Positions 26,223-32,000 of a DNA stretch of 32,000 nt are shown here, in pieces. Position 1 is the first letter of the stretch. Each line of letters opens with the position of its first letter. The notes beneath the pieces are model-generated. The model had not been told where the DNA came from. It was given only the letters and a program-made list of their open reading frames with translations, and did not search any database. Location: assembly GCA_002716355.1 (NCBI GenBank), contig PBAU01000002.1, positions 107,121-139,120 on the forward strand, written 5' to 3'. The stretch comes from a bacterium (GTDB taxonomy: Bacteria; UBP7; UBA6624). Made by a program: the position numbers and the translations under genes.

Positions 26223-26293
26223 TGGCCGGTCGTATAAGGGCAGTACAACGGACTTTGGATCCGTGAGTGGAGGTTCGAATCCTTCCCGGCCAG
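26223..26293 (+). tRNA. tRNA-Gln, anticodon UUG
   Basis: TGGCCGG-TC-GTAT-AAGGGCA-GTAC-A-ACGGA-CTTTGGA-TCCGT-GAGT-GGAGG-TTCGAAT-CCTTC-CCGGCCA-G. It folds into a full cloverleaf with anticodon TTG. The U1:A72 first pair is typical of bacterial tRNA-Gln. CCA is not encoded. Confidence 0.85.
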
Positions 26294-26303
26294 TTTTTAT
26301 GTT

Positions 26304-27050
26304 ATGGATTTTGTTCTCGCGATCCTCGTTCTTTTTTTAATTGCTTTTCTTTTTGCTGCCACTGGTCATGGAGGGGGGAGCGGGTATTTGGCACTTTTTT
26401 TGATTTGGGGAGTTCTTCCCATGGAAGCCAAGCTCTATGCTTTGGTTTTAAATGTTCTTGTTTCGTATTTGGCATTTTCGAATTTCAGGAAAGCCGGGTT
26501 GTTTGATTCCTCATTGGCATTTCCATTGCTTATCGGCTCCCTGCCTGCCTTTTGTATTTTCGTAAAAACTGCACCCGGTGAGGATTTTTACAATCAAGTT
26601 GTAGGTTTGTTGCTTTTGTTTTCTGCATTAAGGCTTTTTGTCCCCCATAATAAAAAAAAATACAAACTGAAAAAAAAACCAAAAACATGGATGCTCGTTT
26701 TGCTGGGTTTTTGCATTGGTGGCCTGGCTGGTTTTATCGGTATAGGAGGGGGAATTTTCCTTTCGCCCCTCTTGATTTTTTTCGGATGGGCAGATCCAAA
26801 AAAAACAGCGGCCATAAGTTCAATTTTTGTTTTGGTAAACTCAGCATTAGGGGTTTCTTTACTGCTTCCAGAGCTTGGATGGCTTTGGCAGATCTTTGCT
26901 TTGATCTTGAACGGGTCCTTTTTGCTTGTGGCTGTTGGTTTTGGAGGGTGGCTTGGATCTCTCCATGGTAGCAAAACGTTCAACAAGGTTATTATGAACA
27001 GAGCTTTAGGCGCTATCTTGCTAATAGCATCAGTATTGCTTGTTTATTGA
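26304..27050 (+). CDS. TSUP (TauE/SafE, DUF81) family membrane transporter
   Basis: 248 aa with two internally repeated halves, each opening with a Gly-rich helix (ATGHGGGSGYLALFL and FIGIGGGIFLSPLL). About 8 TMs. Confidence 0.8.
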   Translation: MDFVLAILVLFLIAFLFAATGHGGGSGYLALFLIWGVLPMEAKLYALVLNVLVSYLAFSNFRKAGLFDSSLAFPLLIGSLPAFCIFVKTAPGEDFYNQVVGLLLLFSALRLFVPHNKKKYKLKKKPKTWMLVLLGFCIGGLAGFIGIGGGIFLSPLLIFFGWADPKKTAAISSIFVLVNSALGVSLLLPELGWLWQIFALILNGSFLLVAVGFGGWLGSLHGSKTFNKVIMNRALGAILLIASVLLVY

Positions 27051-27052
27051 TT

Positions 27053-27703
27053 ATGATGTTGTTTATGAAAAATTATGCTTTGATTTATTTTTTGATCCTT
27101 TTTGTTGTTTGGTGGAGTGATTCTTACAGCAAATCCAATGTAAGTGATTCTTTTGAATCGGTGAATAGTGCTTCTGTCCAGGAAGAGGAAGAAGGGCCAT
27201 CAACTGAATTGGTTATTGGTGAGCATCAAACCGAATTAGGTATAGTTTTTATTTTTGAGGGCGCTATTAAAGACACTATTTACAATGGTACAAACATTCT
27301 GCCAGAAGATGCAACCGATGTACACCTGGAAGCACGTGTCAATTGGGGAAAAGATAGTATTGTTGGTGCTGTTGAGGGTGGTTTTGTGCCATATTTGGAC
27401 ATCAATGCAACAGTTATGAATGAGAGCACAGGCAATCAGGCGTCTGTTGATCTGATGCCACACTTAAACCTTATTGATAACTTTCATTATGCTTTAAACA
27501 TGAAATTGCCTGGAGCTGTTAACGATATATATACTGTTACATTCACCATACAAGGTGATCCTGCAATTGATACACTTTTGTACCATCATGATTTTGTTCA
27601 AGAGTACAGCAGCATGGAAAAACCAAGTTTGATTCCCGAAGAGCTGACCCTTACTTATAAACATATAGATTTTATAGAAATTGCATCAGCAACAAGAAGA
27701 TAA
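27053..27703 (+). CDS. P19/FetP/Tp34-family periplasmic metal (Cu/Fe) binding protein
   Basis: It has a signal peptide (MKNYALIYFLILFVVWWSDSYS). The blocks ATDVHLEARVNW, GGFVPYLDI and DLMPHLNLIDNFHYALNMKLPG match the family pattern HLEA...GF.PYL...lmPm...DG.HYG.N.kL as I recall it. The start is ambiguous (TTG 27047 or ATG 27053/27056/27065). Confidence 0.6.
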   Translation: MMLFMKNYALIYFLILFVVWWSDSYSKSNVSDSFESVNSASVQEEEEGPSTELVIGEHQTELGIVFIFEGAIKDTIYNGTNILPEDATDVHLEARVNWGKDSIVGAVEGGFVPYLDINATVMNESTGNQASVDLMPHLNLIDNFHYALNMKLPGAVNDIYTVTFTIQGDPAIDTLLYHHDFVQEYSSMEKPSLIPEELTLTYKHIDFIEIASATRR

Positions 27704-27742
27704 CAACTGTATCTTTTATTGCGATATAATATGAAACCCGTT

Positions 27743-28012
27743 ATGAAAAAAGATTTGCATCCTGAATGGCATGACTGCAAGGTTTCATGTGATTGTGGTG
27801 AGAACTTTACTGTGGGTGCTACCGTACCCTCTTTAAAGGTTGAAATATGTTCTGCATGCCACCCTTTCTTTACTAAAAAGCAGAAGTTTATTGACACTGC
27901 AGGACGTATTGATAGGTTCAATGCAAAATTTGGTCAATCCTCGCTATCCGATATCATGTCGAAAAAAAGAAAAGCGAAAAAAGAATCTTCAGAAAAGTCT
28001 GAAGCGCTTTAA
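27743..28012 (+). CDS. rpmE: 50S ribosomal protein L31 (zinc-ribbon type) with a Lys-rich C-terminal tail
   Basis: [64 protein letters not shown] is a canonical L31 with CxC...CxxC. A tail ...[17 protein letters not shown] follows. Alternative upstream starts are ATG 27731 and TTG 27719. Confidence 0.85.
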   Translation: MKKDLHPEWHDCKVSCDCGENFTVGATVPSLKVEICSACHPFFTKKQKFIDTAGRIDRFNAKFGQSSLSDIMSKKRKAKKESSEKSEAL

Positions 28013-28015
28013 CAT

Positions 28016-29089
28016 ATGACAAGCCTAAAGGAGTCAGTGGCTCCATTCCATAAGGAGCTTACAGAGGTTGATAAACAATTATCTGACCCTAACGTAATTT
28101 CAAATCCAAGAAAATTAAAAGAATTAGGTTTGCGAAGGAATTACCTAGAGGAGATAATTGGCATTGCAGATCAATACTTTCAAGCTGAAAAATATTTTGA
28201 TGAATTGAAGGAAGCACTTGATGGTGATGATGTTGAGCTAGCAGAGATGGCTGAGCTGGAAATGGAATCAGCTGAAAAAAAGTATCTTGTAACAAAAGAG
28301 AATTTAGAAAATGCTCTTTTGCCGCCAAATCCAGATGCCCATAGAAATGCATTGTTGGAAATTAGAGCAGGTACAGGTGGTGATGAAGCGGGAATATGGG
28401 CTGGAGATCTTTTTAACATGTATCAAAGAGCAGCGACTGCAGAAGGTTTTAATGTAAAGGTTTTAAATAAATCACAAGCTGAAATGGGAGGCTTTAAGGA
28501 GTTGGTTTGCCAGGTTAAAGGTCGAGGATCCTATGGATTCTTTGCTTCTGAAAGCGGTATCCATAGAGTTCAACGTGTTCCTCAGACAGAAAGTCAAGGC
28601 CGACTGCATACTTCTGCAGCAAGTGTTTATGTTTTACCCGAAGCAGATTCAGATGTGAATATAAATATTGATTTAAAAGATTTAGCAATTGATACATACA
28701 GGGCTTCAGGCGCTGGGGGACAGCATGTCAATAAAACTGATTCAGCTGTCAGGATCACCCATATGCCTACAGGCATTGTTGTTCAATGCCAAGATGGCAG
28801 AAGCCAACATCAAAATAAAGAGACCTGTTTGAATATGTTGAAAACTAAACTTTACAGATTGGAAATTGAAAAACAGGAAGCGGAAGGCGCTCAGAAAAGA
28901 AAATCTGCTGTTGGTAAAGGGGATAGGTCTGAAAAGATAAGAACATACAACTATCCTCAAAATAGAGTTACTGATCACCGTGTATCGATCACTAACCATC
29001 AGCTGAGCTCATTAATGATGGGAGAGGTTCCAGGTTTTTTTAAACAGGTTAATACTGCTTTGCGCCGCATGGACCTGGAAGAAATTTAA
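28016..29089 (+). CDS. prfA: Peptide chain release factor 1
   Basis: 357 aa. Motifs are ALLEIRAGTGGDEAGIWAGDLF, the PxT recognition tripeptide region RVPQTESQGRLHTSAASV and the GGQ motif RASGAGGQHVNKTDSAVRITH. Confidence 0.95.
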   Translation: MTSLKESVAPFHKELTEVDKQLSDPNVISNPRKLKELGLRRNYLEEIIGIADQYFQAEKYFDELKEALDGDDVELAEMAELEMESAEKKYLVTKENLENALLPPNPDAHRNALLEIRAGTGGDEAGIWAGDLFNMYQRAATAEGFNVKVLNKSQAEMGGFKELVCQVKGRGSYGFFASESGIHRVQRVPQTESQGRLHTSAASVYVLPEADSDVNINIDLKDLAIDTYRASGAGGQHVNKTDSAVRITHMPTGIVVQCQDGRSQHQNKETCLNMLKTKLYRLEIEKQEAEGAQKRKSAVGKGDRSEKIRTYNYPQNRVTDHRVSITNHQLSSLMMGEVPGFFKQVNTALRRMDLEEI

Positions 29090-29090
29090 A

Positions 29091-29951
29091 TTGTTTATTG
29101 GTAAGGATATTAATGAAACTGTCAAATTGGCAAGAGATGCATTTGAGTCGATTGGGATTGATTCACCTTGGCTTGATGCAGAGATACTATTAGCAGATTC
29201 TCTTAATTTAACAAGAGAGGAGATTTTAGTTAAAGGAAATAACCCCTTCCCCAGTGAGGATTCTAAAAAATGGCAAAATATTGTTTTAAGGAGAATGAAA
29301 AGAGAGCCTGTTGACAGGATATTAGGGAAAAAAAGATTTAGAAAACTAGATTTCAATGTGGTTCCAGGTGTTTTTTCACCAAGACCTGAAACTGAAGAGC
29401 TTTTAAGCCGTGCACTAGAGAGGATTCCCGAAAATGGTTGTTTTTTGGATCTTTGTTGTGGCACCGGATGTATTGGAATTAGCATTGCCAATGAGAGAAA
29501 TTGCCAAGGGGTTTTATGTGATATTGATACAAAAGCTGTATCCCATGCCCAAAGTGAAGCAAAAAGACTATTGCCAAATGCTGATTTAACGATTGTTCAA
29601 AGTGATCTTTTTGAAAATATAGAGGATAAATTTGATTTGATCGTTTCAAACCCACCTTATATTTCGACAAAAGAAAGAAAATCTCTCCCTCCTGAGGTTA
29701 TAAATTTTGACCCTGAGGGCTCTTTGTTTTGCGGTCCTGACGGTTTGCATGTGTGCAAATCAATCATCGACAAAGCACCGAATTACCTTAATAAAAATGG
29801 TTGGCTTTTGATCGAGTATGGCTTTTGTCAAAAAGACAATGTTTCTAATTTGTTTTCTTCAGATTGGACAAATGTAAAGCAACGAAAACCGTGGGGTGCA
29901 CCACGTTCAGAAAAAGATTTTTTTGTAGAAGCTCAATGGAGCCCATCATGA
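29091..29951 (+). CDS. prmC: Release factor glutamine N5-methyltransferase (HemK/PrmC)
   Basis: 286 aa with a TTG start 1 nt after the prfA stop. Motifs are VFSPRPETEEL, SAM motif I LDLCCGTGCIGI and the substrate motif IVSNPPYI. Confidence 0.9.
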   Translation: MFIGKDINETVKLARDAFESIGIDSPWLDAEILLADSLNLTREEILVKGNNPFPSEDSKKWQNIVLRRMKREPVDRILGKKRFRKLDFNVVPGVFSPRPETEELLSRALERIPENGCFLDLCCGTGCIGISIANERNCQGVLCDIDTKAVSHAQSEAKRLLPNADLTIVQSDLFENIEDKFDLIVSNPPYISTKERKSLPPEVINFDPEGSLFCGPDGLHVCKSIIDKAPNYLNKNGWLLIEYGFCQKDNVSNLFSSDWTNVKQRKPWGAPRSEKDFFVEAQWSPS

Positions 29952-30724
29952 CTGTCATTCACCCCCCTCGCGAACCATTATTTGAAGCTGCGAGAATGAT
30001 GGATTGGGGAGTTCTTTTGCTTGAAACCGAAACCGTTTTTGGAATTGCTACCAAGCCAAAGAATATAGATAAAATTTTTGAAATAAAATCTAGAGACTAC
30101 ACCAAGCCTTTGTCCTGGGTGTTTCCGCCAAAATCTGATTTTATTATCAATCATCTTCAGCCGAAACAAGGCGAATTTTTTGACTCTTATTGGGAGTGTT
30201 CGGAATTTCATAAAGAAATTTTTGACTACTTGCTCACAGCTCAATTATCAATAACAACTGTTATTCCAGGAGAATCAAAACAGGATAAATGTTTGCCCCC
30301 AGCATCTTCAGAAATGGGGATTGGAGTAAGGTTCGGAAATTTTGGCTTGAATCAATTGGCCCATCTTTCAGGACCTTATCTTTTAACAAGTGCTAACAAG
30401 TCTGGCGATCGGTCACCCAAGATGGTAGAAGAGATTGATGATTCAATTCTTGTGAAAGTATCTGGTTTCTACAATCTTAATGATGTGATAATCGATAACC
30501 CGATTGAAGTGGACGAAGATGGTAAATTTATTTGGGAGGAGGACGAGGAGCCTTTGAGCAATTGGTTTGTTGACCAGGTAAACAAATACCATAAAATCTT
30601 AAAAGGAGAACCTTCCCCTGTGGTTCTGCTGTCAGGCAATACAATTAAAACATTAAGGGGAAGCGTTTCAGAAGGTGTTCAGAAAAGCATGACTGAGGCT
30701 TTTCCCGATTTGAAATTTATATGA
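29948..30724 (+). CDS. YrdC/TsaC/Sua5-like domain protein (divergent)
   Basis: The ATG at 29948 forms an ATGA overlap with the prmC stop (the track's longer ORF from 29864 overlaps prmC). Motifs are GVLLLETETVFGIA (compare PTDTVYGL), IKSRDYTKPLSWVF (compare K.R...KPL), YLLTSANKSGDRSP and GEPSPVVLL...TLRGS. The prfA-prmC-tsaC synteny is common in bacteria. Confidence 0.6.
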   Translation: MTVIHPPREPLFEAARMMDWGVLLLETETVFGIATKPKNIDKIFEIKSRDYTKPLSWVFPPKSDFIINHLQPKQGEFFDSYWECSEFHKEIFDYLLTAQLSITTVIPGESKQDKCLPPASSEMGIGVRFGNFGLNQLAHLSGPYLLTSANKSGDRSPKMVEEIDDSILVKVSGFYNLNDVIIDNPIEVDEDGKFIWEEDEEPLSNWFVDQVNKYHKILKGEPSPVVLLSGNTIKTLRGSVSEGVQKSMTEAFPDLKFI

Positions 30725-31845
30725 AAGCTTTTAAGGCGTTTTTTGAAAAATATTCTGTCTGGTTTATTTCACTTGGTTCCCCTGGGTTGTTTTTATGGGC
30801 TTTTTTTGAAGCTATATTTTTTCCTTTGCCACCAGATATTGGCCTGATTATTTTTGTTAAAGAGAATCCTGAAATTTGGATAAACTTGGCTGCTTTAAGC
30901 ACTGTTGGAAGCGCATCTGGAGCCATGGTTGGTTGGTTAATCGGGTCTGTTTTCAAGGAGAAATTAGAAATTAAATTTGCCAAAAACAATAAATATCAAA
31001 AAATAAAAAGAAATTTACTTAAATATGGAGGCGAAGCAATTGTGTTTGCTGGCTTTACACCTCTGCCTTATAAATTATTTGCAATAACTTCCGGAATGAT
31101 AGGTTTGCCATTAAAGGTTTTATTTTGGTCTTCCATTATTGGCAGAGGAGCAAGGTTTGCTCTTGTTGGATATGTAACTGCAAAATTCAAAGACGGCATT
31201 AGTGAATTTTGGTCTAGTCCATCTGGATTAATTTGGATTTTTGTTATGTTCTTAGCGTTATTTATTTATGCTAAAAGGAAATCTAAAAATAAAGAAAATA
31301 GGCTTTTTAAACCAAAACATTTAGGCGGACATGATAATAAAACATGGTTAGATGAAGGAGCTTTAAGCTACTTGGTAACAAATCTTAAAGTCAAATCTTA
31401 TTTGGACATTGGTTGTGGCCCTGGAGGGATGATTAAGCTTGCTGAAAGCATGGACCTTAAAGCTTATGGGATTGACGGTGACCCCACTTTGAAATTCAAC
31501 AACCTTGATGTCTTGAAACATGATTACACTAAAGGTGAAAGTGCTTTCGATCAAGCAGTTGATCTTGCTTGGAGTGTTGAATTTTTAGAACATGTAGATG
31601 AGCGCTACCAAGAACACTATATGAAGGATTTTCAAAAAGCAAAATATGTTTTTGTCACACATGCTCCAATCGGCAAAACGGGACATCATCATGTTAATTG
31701 TCAATCGAGCGAATATTGGATTGATGTTTTTGAAAAATACGGCTTTAAATATGAAAGAAAACATACTGAAAATGTAAGAATCCATTCAACAATGCCAAGA
31801 GAGTTTGTAAAAGAAACAGGTTTGGTTTTCTCAAATTTAAACTAG
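30721..31845 (+). CDS. Fusion protein: YqaA/DedA-superfamily membrane domain plus a class I SAM-dependent methyltransferase domain
   Basis: There is an ATGA overlap with the upstream stop. Residues 1-160 are collinear with E. coli YqaA as I recall it (FFEAIFFPLPPDIGLII; STVGSASGAMVGWLIGSVF; LLKYGGEAIVFAGFTPLPYKLFAITSGMIGL). An extra TM follows (LIWIFVMFLALFIYA). Residues ~200-374 carry MTase motif I (SYLDIGCGPGGMIKLA), the acidic motif II-like YGIDGDP and DLAWSVEFLEHV. Confidence 0.65.
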   Translation: MKAFKAFFEKYSVWFISLGSPGLFLWAFFEAIFFPLPPDIGLIIFVKENPEIWINLAALSTVGSASGAMVGWLIGSVFKEKLEIKFAKNNKYQKIKRNLLKYGGEAIVFAGFTPLPYKLFAITSGMIGLPLKVLFWSSIIGRGARFALVGYVTAKFKDGISEFWSSPSGLIWIFVMFLALFIYAKRKSKNKENRLFKPKHLGGHDNKTWLDEGALSYLVTNLKVKSYLDIGCGPGGMIKLAESMDLKAYGIDGDPTLKFNNLDVLKHDYTKGESAFDQAVDLAWSVEFLEHVDERYQEHYMKDFQKAKYVFVTHAPIGKTGHHHVNCQSSEYWIDVFEKYGFKYERKHTENVRIHSTMPREFVKETGLVFSNLN

Positions 31846-31861
31846 GATTGTCTTTAAACAA

Positions 31862-32000
31862 ATGGAGGATACTTTTTTGATAATAAAGCCAACAGCCTTT
31901 AAGGCTGGTTCGGCAGAAGGTATTTTGACAATGGTTAAGCAAAATGGATTTGAAATTATTAAGCAAAAAGAAACCCATATTCCTCTGGAAACAGCAAAGA
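31862..32000 (+). CDS. ndk: Nucleoside diphosphate kinase, N-terminal fragment (3' end lies outside the window)
   Basis: From the ATG at 31862 the frame is open to the window end. It reads MEDTFLIIKPTAFKAGSAEGILTMVKQNGFEIIKQKETHIPLETAK, which matches the NDK opening pattern (ERTF.IIKPD.v....g.I.....GF.i...k......A). It is too short to appear in the ORF track. Confidence 0.55.
   Translation, partial: MEDTFLIIKPTAFKAGSAEGILTMVKQNGFEIIKQKETHIPLETAK

Noticed and set aside
26267-26506. 79-aa ORF overlapping the 3' half of tRNA-Gln and the start of the TSUP gene
   Set aside because: It overlaps a well-folded tRNA and runs out of frame with a motif-supported transporter gene.
26652-26678. Two A9 homopolymer tracts inside the TSUP gene (and an A9 tract at 13602-13610 at the ctaB start), considered as slipped-strand phase-variation sites
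   Set aside because: They encode Lys-rich cytoplasmic segments (KKKYKLKKKPK; MKKKF), which is expected in a low-GC genome. There is no evidence of frame disruption or of alternative frames that continue productively.
27719-27742. TATAAT at 27725-27730 just upstream of rpmE, considered as a -10 box for a near-leaderless transcript; also longer rpmE starts at 27719 and 27731
   Set aside because: This is a single hexamer in AT-rich DNA with no -35 or TG extension at the right spacing. L31 proteins normally begin MKK(D/G)(I/L)HP, which favours ATG 27743. This remains uncertain.
28016-29089. Checked the release-factor gene for a programmed +1 frameshift site
   Set aside because: That mechanism belongs to prfB (RF2). 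This gene is RF1 (PxT-type tripeptide region and a continuous frame), so none is expected and none is seen.
1-32000. Looked for CRISPR-like spaced repeats, tandem repeats, IS inverted repeats, rRNA fragments and riboswitch-sized leaders
   Set aside because: Intergenic space is minimal. The largest spacers are about 170 nt at 1365-1533 and about 115 nt at 8590-8705. I saw no periodic repeats by eye. A computational repeat search would be needed to exclude short or degenerate ones.

Overview
This is a gene-dense, low-GC bacterial chromosomal segment (hand counts on 100-nt samples give about 33-40% GC). Many genes overlap by 1-11 nt and TTG starts are frequent, which suggests a streamlined genome. 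The taxon cannot be assigned from the sequence alone. I call 30 protein-coding genes and 2 tRNAs. Two of the protein genes are cut by the window edges and are missing from the ORF track. Content from left to right: (1) the tail of a Gfo/Idh/MocA oxidoreductase; (2) a HEAT-like lipoprotein ending in an azurin-type cupredoxin; (3) a minus-strand operon of maeB, a TPR protein and a tail-anchored hypothetical; (4) a heterodimeric ABC exporter with one degenerate ATP site; (5) tRNA-Leu(UAG); (6) gyrA with a large insertion in its C-terminal domain; (7) an orphan ORF; (8) Sco1; (9) a Bacillus-like caa3 cytochrome oxidase cluster, ctaA-ctaB-ctaC-ctaD-ctaE-ctaF-(VOC)-ctaG; (10) a prolyl oligopeptidase with an extra Cys-rich N-terminal domain; (11) a NanK-like ROK kinase; (12) an SDR; (13) a GT-C-like membrane protein; (14) tRNA-Gln(UUG); (15) a TSUP/TauE permease followed by a P19/FetP-like protein; (16) rpmE-prfA-prmC-yrdC-like-(YqaA::methyltransferase)-ndk. 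I saw no transposase, integrase, CRISPR array, rRNA or recognisable defence or toxin module. The most unusual item is the gene in the ctaF slot of the oxidase operon. It encodes a subunit-IV-like three-helix membrane anchor fused to a complete azurin-type blue-copper domain. A paralogous cupredoxin domain sits on the lipoprotein at the left edge. Other notable items are several uncommon domain fusions, an insertion in the GyrA C-terminal domain, and a strikingly AT-rich VOC gene wedged into the cta operon. All functional calls come from motif recognition by eye. No database search or computation was run.
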